Both the position numbers and the translations under genes were made by a program. This document shows positions 46,653 through 57,637 of a stretch of 64,000 nt of DNA, piece by piece. The stretch lies in the IMG/VR virus record IMGVR_UViG_3300033163_000075; one strand, written 5' to 3'. Every line of letters starts with the position of its first letter. Positions within the stretch are counted from its first letter, which is position 1. Below the pieces are notes generated by a model, which had not been told where the DNA came from, did no database searches, and saw only the letters and a list, made by a program, of their open reading frames with translations. Source of the DNA: an uncultured virus (IMG/VR IMGVR_UViG_3300033163_000075). Lineage: Duplodnaviria; Heunggongvirae; Uroviricota; Caudoviricetes.

Positions 46653-48260
46653 GTGCCAATGCGAAAACTGAAAAACTATAAGCCGACCCGCTTCATGGCA
46701 GAGACTTCTCACTACAGCAAGCAGATGGCGGACTTCGCTGTGATGTTCATCGAGCAGCTCACCCACACCAAAGGCACATGGGCAGGAAAACCCTTCGAGC
46801 TCATCGACTGGCAGGAACGAATCATCCGCGACCTGTTCGGTGTCCTGAAGCCGAACGGTTACCGTCAGTTCAATACGGCCTACATCGAAATTCCAAAGAA
46901 GATGGGAAAGTCAGAGCTGGCTGCCGCGGTCGCCCTGCTTCTTTGCTGCGGTGACGGTGAGGAACGCGCCGAAGTCTACGGCTGCGCTGCCGATAGACAG
47001 CAGGCCACCATCGTTTTTGATGTTGCTGCGGATATGGTAAGGATGTGCCCGGCGCTTAATCGGCGCGTCAAAATACTGGCCTCCCAGAAACGGATCATCT
47101 ATGAGCCTACCAACAGCCTCTATCAGGTGCTCTCCGCTGAGGCCTACAGTAAGCACGGCTTTAATATCCACGGCGTGGTATTCGATGAGCTGCACACCCA
47201 ACCGAACCGGAAACTCTTTGATGTAATGACAAAGGGCTCCGGCGATGCCAGAATGCAGCCGCTGTATTTCCTGATTACCACAGCCGGAAATGATACAAAC
47301 ACCATCTGCTATGAAGTCCACCAGAAAGCGCAGGACATCCTCGACGGCAGGAAGGTCGATCCAACCTTCTATCCGGTCATTTACGGTGCGGAACCTGACG
47401 AGGACTGGACTGATCCGGAAGTGTGGAAAAAGGCAAACCCCTCTCTCGGTATCACGGTCGGCATTGACAAGGTGGAAGCGGCCTGCGAATCGGCAAAGCA
47501 AAACCCCGGTGAAGAGAATTCCTTCAGGCAGCTGCGCCTTAATCAATGGGTAAAGCAGGCTGTCCGCTGGATGCCAATGGATAAATGGGACGCCTGTGCC
47601 TTTCCAGTCAATGAGGATGACCTCGAAGGCCGTGTCTGCTATGGCGGTCTTGACCTGTCCTCCACTACGGATATTACATCTTTTGTGCTGGTATTCCCGC
47701 CACGGGATGAAGACGACAAGTATGTGATCCTCCCGTACTTCTGGGTGCCAGAGGATACGCTGGATCTTCGCGTTAGACGCGATCATGTGCCCTACGATAC
47801 TTGGGAGAAGGAAGGCGTGCTGCAGACTACCGAAGGCAACGTCATCCATTATGGTTATATCGAGAAATTCATCGAACGCCTCGGCGAGCACTTCAATATC
47901 CGTGAGATCGCATTCGACCGCTGGGGAGCAGTCCAGATGGTTCAGAACTTGGAGAACATGGGCTTTACAGTCGTGCCCTTCGGACAGGGCTTTAAGGATA
48001 TGAGTCCTCCCACAAAGGAGCTCATGAAGCTGACACTTGAGCAAAAGCTCGCCCACGGCGGTCATCCTGTTCTCCGCTGGAATATGGATAACATCTTCAT
48101 CCGTACTGACCCAGCCGGAAATATCAAGGCTGACAAGGAAAAATCTACAGAGAAGATCGACGGAGCCATCGCCACCATCATGGCGCTTGACCGTGCGATC
48201 CGCTGCGGCAATGACAACGGTGCTTCTGTCTATGACGACAGAGGCATTTTATTTATCTGA
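46653..48260 (+). CDS. terL: Terminase large subunit
   Basis: IPKKMGKSE, FDELH, ITTAG, GLDLSS..D, KIDG. Confidence 0.95.
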   Translation: MPMRKLKNYKPTRFMAETSHYSKQMADFAVMFIEQLTHTKGTWAGKPFELIDWQERIIRDLFGVLKPNGYRQFNTAYIEIPKKMGKSELAAAVALLLCCGDGEERAEVYGCAADRQQATIVFDVAADMVRMCPALNRRVKILASQKRIIYEPTNSLYQVLSAEAYSKHGFNIHGVVFDELHTQPNRKLFDVMTKGSGDARMQPLYFLITTAGNDTNTICYEVHQKAQDILDGRKVDPTFYPVIYGAEPDEDWTDPEVWKKANPSLGITVGIDKVEAACESAKQNPGEENSFRQLRLNQWVKQAVRWMPMDKWDACAFPVNEDDLEGRVCYGGLDLSSTTDITSFVLVFPPRDEDDKYVILPYFWVPEDTLDLRVRRDHVPYDTWEKEGVLQTTEGNVIHYGYIEKFIERLGEHFNIREIAFDRWGAVQMVQNLENMGFTVVPFGQGFKDMSPPTKELMKLTLEQKLAHGGHPVLRWNMDNIFIRTDPAGNIKADKEKSTEKIDGAIATIMALDRAIRCGNDNGASVYDDRGILFI

Positions 48261-48276
48261 AAGGCAGGTGATCAAT

Positions 48277-49605
48277 ATGAGCATATTTTCAGGACTGTTT
48301 CGTTCAAGAGATAAGCCTACCAATTCAACAACCGGAAGCTCCTACCGCTTCTTCTTCGGCGGGACGACCTCCGGCAAGGCTGTAACGGAGCGCTCCGCCA
48401 TGCAGATGACGGCGGTCTACTCCTGCGTGAGGATTCTGTCCGAGGCAATTGCAGGCCTGCCGATACACCTCTATCGATACGGCGAAGGCGGCAGCAAGGA
48501 AAAAGCGATAAATCATCCGCTATACTTCCTGCTTCACGATGAGCCAAATCCGGAAATGACATCCTTTGTATTCCGGGAAACATTGATGACGCATCTACTC
48601 CTGTGGGGAAACGCCTACGCGCAGATCATTCGGAACGGCAAAGGTGAAGTGGTCGCGCTCTATCCTTTGATGCCAAATCGTATGACGGTCAACCGTGATG
48701 AAAACGGAGAGCTTTATTACGAATACCAAACATCGCAGGACGAAGCGCACACGATGAACGGCAGTCGTGTGAGGCTCCAGCCGTCCGACGTACTGCATGT
48801 TCCCGGCCTTGGCTTTGACGGTCTTGTGGGCTACAGCCCGATTGCAATAGCTAAGAATGCCATCGGCATGGCAATAGCCTGCGAAGAATACGGAGCTAAG
48901 TTTTTTGCAAACGGTGCGACTCCCGGCGGCATCTTGGAGCATCCCGGTGTGGTTAAAGATCCGGAGCGTGTTAGAGAAAGCTGGAACTCTGCCTTCGGCG
49001 GCAGCTCTAATGCTAACAAGGTAGCCGTGCTGGAGGAAGGTATGAAATATACGCCTATCTCCATCTCACCGGAACAGGCGCAGTTTTTGGAGACAAGGAA
49101 GTTCCAGATCAATGAGATCGCACGTATCTTCCGCATCCCGCCTCACATGATCGGCGACCTTGAGAAATCGAGCTTCTCAAATATCGAGCAACAGTCGCTG
49201 GAATTCGTAAAATACACGCTCGACCCGTGGGTATGCCGCTGGGAACAGTCCATGCAGAGAGCCCTGCTCTCTCTGGATGAAAAGAAGGAATACTTCTTTA
49301 AGTTCAATGTGGACGGGCTTCTCAGAGGCGACTACCAGAGCCGCATGAACGGTTATGCGGTCGGACGTCAGAATGGCTGGATGTCCGCTAACGATATTAG
49401 GGAGCTTGAAAACCTCGACCGTATTCCGGAGGAGGAAGGCGGCGACCTGTACCTGATCAATGGCAATATGACCAAGCTCAAGGACGCAGGCATTTTTGCG
49501 GTCTCGGCACAGACGCAGGAGGAAGCTGATGAAACGAAGGAAACACAAACCGAACCGGAACCCGAAGACGGGCGCACCCGGTTCAGAAAGAAGGAGGCAC
49601 TATGA
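48277..49605 (+). CDS. HK97-family portal protein
   Basis: AVYSCVRILSE, LLWGNAY, GYSPI, IARIFRIPP. Confidence 0.95.
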   Translation: MSIFSGLFRSRDKPTNSTTGSSYRFFFGGTTSGKAVTERSAMQMTAVYSCVRILSEAIAGLPIHLYRYGEGGSKEKAINHPLYFLLHDEPNPEMTSFVFRETLMTHLLLWGNAYAQIIRNGKGEVVALYPLMPNRMTVNRDENGELYYEYQTSQDEAHTMNGSRVRLQPSDVLHVPGLGFDGLVGYSPIAIAKNAIGMAIACEEYGAKFFANGATPGGILEHPGVVKDPERVRESWNSAFGGSSNANKVAVLEEGMKYTPISISPEQAQFLETRKFQINEIARIFRIPPHMIGDLEKSSFSNIEQQSLEFVKYTLDPWVCRWEQSMQRALLSLDEKKEYFFKFNVDGLLRGDYQSRMNGYAVGRQNGWMSANDIRELENLDRIPEEEGGDLYLINGNMTKLKDAGIFAVSAQTQEEADETKETQTEPEPEDGRTRFRKKEAL

Positions 49606-50330
49606 CCAGAAAGTTTTGGAACTGGGTGCGAAACGAGGAGCCGGACAGTTTTGGCTCCGACCGAACACTCTACCTCGACGGGGAAATTTCCGATGAGACA
49701 TGGTTCGGCGACGAAGTAACACCCAAGCTATTTAGTGATGAACTGCATGCAGGCGATGGAAACATCACCCTCTGGATCAACTCTCCGGGCGGTGATGTTT
49801 TTGCTGCTGCGCAGATCTACAACATGCTGATGGATTACCCGCATGATGTGACGGTCAAGATTGACGCTCTTGCTGCTTCGGCGGCATCTGTTATTGCTAT
49901 GGCCGGAACAAAGGTCTGCATGAGCCCCGTGGCCATGATGATGGTACACAACCCTGCGACCATCGCCATCGGTGATACCGAGGAAATGCAGAAAGCCATC
50001 GACATGTTAAACGAAGTCAAGGAATCCATTATGAATGCCTACGAAATCAAGTCCGGGCTTTCCCGCCACAAGATTTCACAGCTCATGGATGCTGAGACAT
50101 GGATGAACGCCAAGGAGGCCGTGAAGCTCGGCTTTGCTGACGAGATTCTGTTCAGGGATGGTGAGAAATCTGTCCCGGAGGATACGGCTGACGCGGAGAT
50201 GCTTTTCTCCCGCAAGGCTGTCACTGATTCGCTGCTTTCCCGACTGATTCCTAAGAAGAAGCCGGAAGCAAATAAACACATGGTACCAGTAACCGATCTT
50301 GAGAAGCGCCTTTCGCTTCTCGCACATTAA
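49602..50330 (+). CDS. ClpP-type head maturation protease
   Basis: INSPGGDV, AASAASVI, MVHNP, ETWM. Confidence 0.9.
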   Translation: MTRKFWNWVRNEEPDSFGSDRTLYLDGEISDETWFGDEVTPKLFSDELHAGDGNITLWINSPGGDVFAAAQIYNMLMDYPHDVTVKIDALAASAASVIAMAGTKVCMSPVAMMMVHNPATIAIGDTEEMQKAIDMLNEVKESIMNAYEIKSGLSRHKISQLMDAETWMNAKEAVKLGFADEILFRDGEKSVPEDTADAEMLFSRKAVTDSLLSRLIPKKKPEANKHMVPVTDLEKRLSLLAH

Positions 50331-50345
50331 AGGAGGAATTTTACT

Positions 50346-51581
50346 ATGACTCAGATTATGGAACTCATGGACAAGAGAGCGAAGGCATGGGAGGCCGCTA
50401 AGGCGTTTCTTAATAGCCACTCTCAGAACGGCGGCATGGTTTCTGCGGAGGATGCCGCAACCTACGACAAGATGGAAAAGGAAGTCACCAACCTCACCAA
50501 GGATATCGAGCGCCTGCAGCGTCAGGAGCAGATCGACAAGATGATGAGTGCACCGACTTCTACTCCGCTCACCGGAAAGCCCGGTGTAAAGGATGAACCG
50601 GAGGATAAGCCCGGCAGAGCTTCTGCAGCCTACAAGAAGGCCTTCTGGGACAACATCCGTCATCCCGGCAATCCTGCAATCCGCGATGTACTTGAGGAAG
50701 GAACCGATGCAAACGGCGGATACCTTGTTCCGATTGAATTCGAGCACACCCTTGTTCAGGCGCTTAATGAAAACAACATCATGCGTACTATCGGCTGCAA
50801 GGTCATTACCACACAGAACGAACGCAAGATCCCTGTGGCAAATGGCCACACGCAGGCGGCGTGGACTGCCGAGAACGGTGCCTACACCGAGAGCAATCCG
50901 ACCTTCGCTCAGACCAGCATTGACGCTTTCAAGCTGACTGACCTCATCAAGGTGTCCGACGAGCTGCTTTCCGACAGCTTCTTTGATATTGAGGGCTACA
51001 TCTCTGAGGAATTCGGTCGCGCCTTCGGTGAAGCTGAAGAGGATGCCTTCATCAACGGTGCTGTGCAGACCGGCCAGACGGCTATCGACAGACCTACTGG
51101 CCTGTTCATCCCTTCTGCCGCTGGTGGTGCTCCTTCCGGCGTTACCGCAGCTTCCGCTACGGCAATTACCGCCGATGAGCTGATCAGCCTTGTGTACTCT
51201 CTCAAGGCTCCTTATCGCAGCAAGGCGAAGTTCCTCATGAACGATGCCACTGTCGCAGCTATCAGAAAGCTCAAGGATCTGAACGGCGTCTATGTATGGC
51301 AGCCTGCACTTACTGCCGGAGAGCCCGACAGACTGCTTGGCTATCCGCTCTACACCTCTCCGAAGGTACCTACAATGGCCGCAGGCGCAAGAGCCATCGC
51401 ATTCGGCGACTTCTCCTGCTACTGGATCGCTGATAGAGCCGGTCGCACGATCAAGCGTCTCAACGAGCTTTACGCTACCAACGGTCAGGTCGGCTTTACC
51501 TGCACGGAGCGTGTTGACGGCAAGCTGATCCTTTCCGAAGGCATCAAGATTCTCGACATGAAGGCAACTTCCGGTTCTTAA
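50346..51581 (+). CDS. HK97-family major capsid protein
   Basis: GGYLVP, VSDELL.DS, LLGYP, FGDF. Confidence 0.95.
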   Translation: MTQIMELMDKRAKAWEAAKAFLNSHSQNGGMVSAEDAATYDKMEKEVTNLTKDIERLQRQEQIDKMMSAPTSTPLTGKPGVKDEPEDKPGRASAAYKKAFWDNIRHPGNPAIRDVLEEGTDANGGYLVPIEFEHTLVQALNENNIMRTIGCKVITTQNERKIPVANGHTQAAWTAENGAYTESNPTFAQTSIDAFKLTDLIKVSDELLSDSFFDIEGYISEEFGRAFGEAEEDAFINGAVQTGQTAIDRPTGLFIPSAAGGAPSGVTAASATAITADELISLVYSLKAPYRSKAKFLMNDATVAAIRKLKDLNGVYVWQPALTAGEPDRLLGYPLYTSPKVPTMAAGARAIAFGDFSCYWIADRAGRTIKRLNELYATNGQVGFTCTERVDGKLILSEGIKILDMKATSGS

Positions 51582-51600
51582 GACAGGGAGGTGAACGACC

Positions 51601-51936
51601 GTGGCTTTGATTTCAACTGAAGATGCGAAGGCCTATCTGCGCGTAGATTCGTCGGATGAGGATGCCACGGTCGGTATCCTCTTGGCCTCCGCAATTCGCT
51701 TATGTATTGATATTGCAAGACTTTCGGATGATCAGTGGGAAGTGATCGACTCCGATGCCGCTTCTTCTGATGAATATACCGAGGCGGAGCTGTCTGCAAT
51801 CCGTGAAACCATGAAGGTCGCTATCCTCTATACCTGTGCCTATCTCTTTGAGCACAGGGAGGAAGCCGACCACCATGCTCTTACCATGACACTGCGCTCT
51901 CTTCTTTTTGCAATACGGGAAGGAGCGTTTTCATGA
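51601..51936 (+). CDS. Head-tail connector (gp6-like)
   Basis: AKAYLRVD..ED; YLFEHRE. Confidence 0.85.
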   Translation: MALISTEDAKAYLRVDSSDEDATVGILLASAIRLCIDIARLSDDQWEVIDSDAASSDEYTEAELSAIRETMKVAILYTCAYLFEHREEADHHALTMTLRSLLFAIREGAFS

Positions 51937-52265
51937 ATATAGCAGCTATGAGGGTGCGAGTCACCTTCCAGAAAAATACGGTCATCGTCGACAAATACGG
52001 AAACCACAAAACCGGCTGGGCGGATTATTTTTCCTGCTGGGCGACTGTCGGCACGAGCTCCGGTTCCGAATCTTCCGGTGTAGTCATCAATCCGGAGGAA
52101 TCGCTGGACTTCACCTGCCGCCACTGCTCTGAGCTTGCGGATGTGGAATCGACAAAATACCGGATCATCGCGGAAGGCCGCACCTACAACATCACCTATG
52201 TGAATCCGATGGGCTATAAGCATAACAGCCTGAAATTCAACTGCAAGCTGGAGAAGAACGCATGA
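51933..52265 (+). CDS. Head closure / head-tail adaptor
   Basis: Position and WA..RII..GR.YNI pattern. Confidence 0.8.
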   Translation: MNIAAMRVRVTFQKNTVIVDKYGNHKTGWADYFSCWATVGTSSGSESSGVVINPEESLDFTCRHCSELADVESTKYRIIAEGRTYNITYVNPMGYKHNSLKFNCKLEKNA

Positions 52266-52648
52266 GTAGAAATGTATCAATAAGCGAGATGGGCGACGCC
52301 ATTATGGAGGAACTCGAAAAATATTCAAAGCTCGCTACAGATGACCTGAAGGCTGCAGTGAAAGAGACTGCCGCTTCCGTCCGCAAGGATATTCAGACTG
52401 GCGCTCCGGTCGATACCGGCAAATACAAGAAAAGCTGGTCGGTCAAGAATATGCATGAGGATTCACAGAGCATTGGCCTCGTGGTGCATTCGAAAAACCG
52501 CTATCAGCTGGCACACCTTCTGGAGCACGGGCATGTGAAACGTGGCGGCGGACGTGTTCCGGCGCAGCCTCATATCGCCTCAGCCGAGGAGCGCGGAAAC
52601 GAAAAGCTCGTCAATACCATCAAGCAGAAACTGGGAGGTGGATCATGA
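52262..52648 (+). CDS. HK97 gp10-like tail completion protein
   Basis: APVDTG.Y.KSW, HLLEHGH, PHI. Confidence 0.85.
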   Translation: MSRNVSISEMGDAIMEELEKYSKLATDDLKAAVKETAASVRKDIQTGAPVDTGKYKKSWSVKNMHEDSQSIGLVVHSKNRYQLAHLLEHGHVKRGGGRVPAQPHIASAEERGNEKLVNTIKQKLGGGS

Positions 52649-52971
52649 CATACGACGATGTAATCACCATGTTAGAGGAAGCCGGTCTGCCGCTTGCCTA
52701 CGACCACTTTGCCGAAGGCGAGTCACCAGACCCGCCCTTCCTCGTTTTTCTATATCCGGGCTCTGACAATATGTTCGCGGATGACACGGTGTTCAAGAAA
52801 ATTGATGAGCTGAACATCGAATTATACACGGACGTAAAAGACCCGGAAACAGAAACCCAGATCGAGGACATCTTAATCGCCCACGACCTGCCTTATGAGA
52901 AATCTGAGGTATGGATCGAGTCGGAGAAGCTGTACGAGGTCTTATATCAAACACAGATTATAGGAGGTTAA
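52645..52971 (+). CDS. Probable tail terminator
   Basis: Position before the major tail gene. Confidence 0.65.
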   Translation: MTYDDVITMLEEAGLPLAYDHFAEGESPDPPFLVFLYPGSDNMFADDTVFKKIDELNIELYTDVKDPETETQIEDILIAHDLPYEKSEVWIESEKLYEVLYQTQIIGG

Positions 52972-52976
52972 AAACT

Positions 52977-53561
52977 ATGTCTAACACGAGTAACAAGGTC
53001 AAGTTCGGCCTTAAAAACTGCCACTACGCCATTGCTACGCTTGCCGCAGACGGTACTGTTACCTTTGGAACGCCTGTAGCAATGCCCGGTGCCGTATCCC
53101 TTTCGCTGGATGCTGAGGGAGATAATGATCCATTCTATGCGGACGACTCCGTATATTACATGGTTTCAAACAACAACGGCTATTCCGGCGACTTTGAACT
53201 GGCGCTGATCCCGGAGAGCTTTCTTACGGATGTCATGCATGAGACTGAGGATGCAAACGGCGTCATTGTTGAGAACAAGGATGTAGAGCCGGATCATTTC
53301 GCACTGCTTTTTGAGTTTTCTGGCGACCAGAGAAAGATCCGTCACTGCATGTATTACTGCAGCGCGACCCGCCCTTCTGTCACCGGCAGCACCAAGGAGG
53401 ACTCTACCGAGGTGCAGACAGAGACGCTCTCCATCACAGCTTCTCCGCTCCCTTCCGGCATTGTGAAGGTCAAAACCGGTACGAACACTACAAATGCTGT
53501 TTACGACGCTTGGTACAGCTCTGTATATGAGCCGAGTGCTTCAGTAAGTAGCGGTGAATAA
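52977..53561 (+). CDS. Major tail protein (phi13-like)
   Basis: KVKFGLKN, FYADD, FALLFEF. Confidence 0.85.
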   Translation: MSNTSNKVKFGLKNCHYAIATLAADGTVTFGTPVAMPGAVSLSLDAEGDNDPFYADDSVYYMVSNNNGYSGDFELALIPESFLTDVMHETEDANGVIVENKDVEPDHFALLFEFSGDQRKIRHCMYYCSATRPSVTGSTKEDSTEVQTETLSITASPLPSGIVKVKTGTNTTNAVYDAWYSSVYEPSASVSSGE

Positions 53562-53572
53562 GGAGGCGCGAT

Positions 53573-53950
53573 ATGGCAGTAACAAAAACAATCGAGGTTG
53601 ACGGCAAAGAGGTGCAGTTCCGCGCCTCAGCCGCCATTCCTCGCCTTTACAGAAATAAGTTCCACAGGGATATTTACAAGGATTTAAACGAGCTGCAGAA
53701 AGGCATCAATGAAAACGACGCAGAAAGCTCCAATCTGGACACTTTCAGTCTGGAGCTTTTTGAGAACATCGCATGGCTGATGGCAAAGCATCAGAATCCT
53801 GATGTCCCGGATACTCCGGAGGACTGGCTCGACCAGTTCAACACCTTCTCCATTTATGAAATCCTGCCTCAGATCATCGAGCTGTGGGGACTCAATGTGG
53901 AACAGCAGGTGGAATCTAAAAAAAACATCATCCGACAGAGCGGGAAATGA
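53573..53950 (+). CDS. Tail assembly chaperone (G)
   Basis: Between the major tail and tape measure genes; slippery A8C at 53918-53926. Confidence 0.8.
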   Translation: MAVTKTIEVDGKEVQFRASAAIPRLYRNKFHRDIYKDLNELQKGINENDAESSNLDTFSLELFENIAWLMAKHQNPDVPDTPEDWLDQFNTFSIYEILPQIIELWGLNVEQQVESKKNIIRQSGK

Positions 53951-54111
53951 CAACCCCGCTCTTTTTACTCCGGTGTGTGCAGATCGGGCTTTCCATCTCG
54001 GAGCTCGACCTGCTCACTATCGGGACTGTCAATGACATGTATGCAGAAATGAGCAACGACGATTTCAACTATCCTGCGCTCGCGACACAGGAGCAGATGG
54101 ATCGATTTTAA
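53918..54111 (+). CDS. Tail chaperone -1 frameshift extension (GT)
   Basis: The -1 frame is open from the A-run (KKHHPTEREMTTPLFLLR...MDRF*). Confidence 0.7.
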
Positions 54112-54129
54112 CAGGAAGGAGGTCATCGC

Positions 54130-56850
54130 ATGGCTGACAGAATAAAAGGCATAACCGTGGAAATCGGCGGCGATACGACCGGCCTTTCCAAAGCCCTCTC
54201 CGGCGTAAACAAAGAAATCAAATCAACTCAGTCGCAGCTAAAGGACGTCAACAAACTCCTAAAGCTCGACCCGACAAATACCGCGCTGCTCGAACAGAAA
54301 CAGAAGCTCCTACAACAGGCAGTCTCCGAAACGAAGGAAAAGCTCACACAGCTGAAGTCCGTGCAAGACCAGATGGATGCTGGACTTAAAAACGGTACCG
54401 TCACCCAGCAGCAATATGATGCATGGCAGCGTGAGATCATAGAGACCGAAAACGAGCTCAAAAACCTCGAACAGCAGTGTCGGGAAACAGATACTTCTAT
54501 CACGGCAACACTCCGGGCGACCGGCTCTAAACTGCAGGAGGTCGGCGGGAAAATATCTGATGTCGGCACGAGCCTATCGACGCATGTAACGGCTCCCATT
54601 GTCGCCATCGGTGCTGCCTCCATTGCTGCCTTTAACGAGGTGGATGCTGGCCTCGACATCGTTGCGCAGAAAACTGGTGCTACCGGCGATGAGCTGGAGG
54701 ATATGTGCCAGATCGTAAAAGACCTCGCCACGGAGATACCGACGGACTTTGAAACTGCCGGTGCTGCTGTCGGCGAGGTCAACACCCGTTTCGGCCTGAC
54801 CGAGCAGGCGCTGGATGACCTCTCGGCAAAATTCATCAAGTTTGCCCAGCTCAATGATACCGATGTTTCGACATCTATCGACAATGTATCCTCCGTCATG
54901 AACGCCTTCGGCATGGACGCTTCTGAGGCGGATAATCTTCTGGATGCTTTAAATGCCACCGGTCAGGCCACCGGCATTGATATGGATACACTGGCAAACG
55001 CCCTCTCCTCCAATGCCGCGCAGCTGAAGGAAATGGGACTCACTGCCCAGCAGGCCGCTGGCTTTATGGGCATGGTTGAAATGTCCGGTCTTGATACCTC
55101 TGCCGCTATGATGGGTTTAAAGACTGCCATGAAGAATGCAACGGCAGACGGTAAAACACTGGATCAGGTGCTTGCGGAATTTTCTGCTACCATGCAGGGA
55201 AGCGGCAGCGATGCAGAAAAGCTGCAAGCGGCTTATGACCTTTTCGGAAGTAAGGCCGGTGCCTCCATTTATAATGCCGTGCAGACCGGAAAGCTCAACC
55301 TGTCGGATTTCTCCAGCTTCCTCGGAGATTTTGAAGGCAGTGTCGAGAACACCTTCAATGAGACTCTCGACCCGATTGACCAGTTTCAGATGACGATGAA
55401 TTCTCTGAAGGAAACCGGTGCAGAGGTCGGCAACTCCCTGATGTCAGTTCTTGCTCCTGTCCTAAAAGAGCTCTCTGACAAGCTAAAATCCCTCGCCGAA
55501 TGGTGGAACAACCTCGGAGAGCCTATGCAGCAGATGATCGTAAAAATTGCGCTCGTGGCTGCTGCAATCGGGCCGGTACTTATAATCGTCGGCAAAGTTA
55601 TATCCGCTGTTGGTACCATTATGACGATTATTCCTACTGTTACCACTGCTATGGCCGGAGTAAAGACGGCGATGGCTGGTCTGAATGCTGTCATGGCGGC
55701 AAATCCGATAGGCTTGATCATTACGGCCATCGGTCTACTGGTAGCTGCATTTATCTACCTGTGGAACAACTGCGAGGGCTTCAGAGAATTCTGGATCAAC
55801 CTCTGGGAAAAGGTCAAGGAGATCGCCATTACTGTATGGACGGCGATCAAGGACTTCTTCGTCAGTGTCTGGGAGGTAATAAAGAACACCTTCACCACTG
55901 TGGTAAATGCAATCAGCAGTTTTCTTACCACAGCTTGGAATACGATAAAAAGCACGGTCGAAACCGTGATGAATGCCATAAAGACGGTTATCTCTACGAT
56001 CTGGAATGGCATCAAGAGCTTTTTTGAAACAATATTCAATGCAATCAAAACTGTGGTGACTACTTACTTCAATATCTACAAGACGATCATCGAAACCGTC
56101 CTGAACGTGATAAAAACCGTGGTTACTACTGTTTGGAACGCGATAAAAACAGCTGTTGAAACTGTCGTGAATGCCATAAAGACGGTCATCACCACCGCAT
56201 GGAATGCCATCAAGACTACGACCTCTACGATTTTCAATGCCGTAAAGAGCGTGGTCACTTCCGTTTGGAACGGCATAAAGAGCGCGGTCATGAATGTGGT
56301 GAATACCATGAAATCCGGCATCAGCAACGGCTTCAATGCGATCAAGAGCACGGTGTCCAATATCGTAAATGGAATCAAGAGTACCATCTCGAATGTGTTC
56401 AATACCATCTGGAGCACGGTATCCGGCATCGTAAACAAGCTAAAGAGCGTATTCAATTTCAGCTGGAGCCTGCCGAAGATCAAGCTGCCGCATTTCTCCA
56501 TCACAGGCAGCTTTTCGCTGAACCCGCCATCCATACCGCACTTTTCTGTGGACTGGTATAAGAAGGCGATGTCCGGCGGCATGATCTTAAAGGATGCGAC
56601 CATCTTCGGCCAGAGCGGCGGCACGCTTCTTGGCGGCGGTGAGGCCGGTGATGAAGCTGTGGTCGGTGTGAGCTCGCTGCGCTCCATGATTCAGGATGCA
56701 GTAAGCAGCGCTACTCTCAGTGTTTCAGGTGACCAGCCTCTCATCAATATCGAGGAAATGAGTGTCAGAAGCGACGACGATATCCGGAAGATTTCTCAGC
56801 AGCTCAATACTCTGCTGACTGCCGGGCGCAGGGCGAAAGGACTGGTGTAA
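54130..56850 (+). CDS. Tape measure protein
   Basis: IKGITVEIGGDT start; 11-residue W/F periodic repeats. Confidence 0.95.
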   Translation: MADRIKGITVEIGGDTTGLSKALSGVNKEIKSTQSQLKDVNKLLKLDPTNTALLEQKQKLLQQAVSETKEKLTQLKSVQDQMDAGLKNGTVTQQQYDAWQREIIETENELKNLEQQCRETDTSITATLRATGSKLQEVGGKISDVGTSLSTHVTAPIVAIGAASIAAFNEVDAGLDIVAQKTGATGDELEDMCQIVKDLATEIPTDFETAGAAVGEVNTRFGLTEQALDDLSAKFIKFAQLNDTDVSTSIDNVSSVMNAFGMDASEADNLLDALNATGQATGIDMDTLANALSSNAAQLKEMGLTAQQAAGFMGMVEMSGLDTSAAMMGLKTAMKNATADGKTLDQVLAEFSATMQGSGSDAEKLQAAYDLFGSKAGASIYNAVQTGKLNLSDFSSFLGDFEGSVENTFNETLDPIDQFQMTMNSLKETGAEVGNSLMSVLAPVLKELSDKLKSLAEWWNNLGEPMQQMIVKIALVAAAIGPVLIIVGKVISAVGTIMTIIPTVTTAMAGVKTAMAGLNAVMAANPIGLIITAIGLLVAAFIYLWNNCEGFREFWINLWEKVKEIAITVWTAIKDFFVSVWEVIKNTFTTVVNAISSFLTTAWNTIKSTVETVMNAIKTVISTIWNGIKSFFETIFNAIKTVVTTYFNIYKTIIETVLNVIKTVVTTVWNAIKTAVETVVNAIKTVITTAWNAIKTTTSTIFNAVKSVVTSVWNGIKSAVMNVVNTMKSGISNGFNAIKSTVSNIVNGIKSTISNVFNTIWSTVSGIVNKLKSVFNFSWSLPKIKLPHFSITGSFSLNPPSIPHFSVDWYKKAMSGGMILKDATIFGQSGGTLLGGGEAGDEAVVGVSSLRSMIQDAVSSATLSVSGDQPLINIEEMSVRSDDDIRKISQQLNTLLTAGRRAKGLV

Positions 56851-56851
56851 C

Positions 56852-57631
56852 ATGGGATTTTCATTTAACGGAACAACCTCCCAGTCTATGGGACTTGCGA
56901 CAAGAATTACAAACGAATACCGGATGCCGGATCTTAGGAACAACACGATCACCATGCCCGGACGGCACGGTGTATTTGATTTCGGAGAAACGGTATCCGA
57001 GCGAAAGATACTGATTTCCTGCTTCATTCCTCCGGGAAAAACAGACGAGCAGTTTCTTTCAAAGAAGGACGCTATTATTGAATGGCTGAATCCGGATAAC
57101 GGCCTCTGCCAGCTCATTCTGGACAAGGAACCGGGACGAGTGTATGAAGCAAGGCTTACGTCCGGATTCTCCTTTGACCGGGCAGTCCGTAATTCCTGCA
57201 CCTTCGATTTGGAATTTTTCTGCCCAGACCCTTATGGCTATGCCATATCAGACGAGACCTTTGATTTTGCGGAAACCGGAACCTTTACTGCGTCTCGCAC
57301 TCTTGGGAATATCGAGTCTTACCCGGTCTACTCCTTAACGGGTGTAATTCCTTCCGGGACGGACTCGTATATCTCCATAACCACAAACGGCAGCGAGCTT
57401 CAGATCATTGGACGGCTTGCCGCCGGAGAAACATTGATTATTGACTCCGATCTGATGACGGCAAAAGTAGTTGATTCTAATGGAGAAACCCTCCGAAACG
57501 GTCTCCCGCTTTTGTCGGAGCTGAATTTCCCGGTCTTAAATACGGGAGATAATACCATCGTGATTGCTGTGGTCGGTACGAGTACAACATTTACGGAACT
57601 GAACATTCAAGCCAGAAGCCGCTGGAGGTGA
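56852..57631 (+). CDS. Distal tail protein (Dit)
   Basis: FSFNG start, F.CPDPY motif, position after the tape measure gene. Confidence 0.85.
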   Translation: MGFSFNGTTSQSMGLATRITNEYRMPDLRNNTITMPGRHGVFDFGETVSERKILISCFIPPGKTDEQFLSKKDAIIEWLNPDNGLCQLILDKEPGRVYEARLTSGFSFDRAVRNSCTFDLEFFCPDPYGYAISDETFDFAETGTFTASRTLGNIESYPVYSLTGVIPSGTDSYISITTNGSELQIIGRLAAGETLIIDSDLMTAKVVDSNGETLRNGLPLLSELNFPVLNTGDNTIVIAVVGTSTTFTELNIQARSRWR

Positions 57632-57637
57632 TATTGC

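Noticed and set aside
43665..48065. Long antisense ORFs (43665-44606, 46911-48065 and similar)
   Set aside because: Shadows of well-supported plus-strand genes caused by codon bias; no motifs or RBS
55800..56450. Periodic repeats in the tape measure gene
   Set aside because: Ordinary 11-residue tape measure periodicity, not a DNA repeat array
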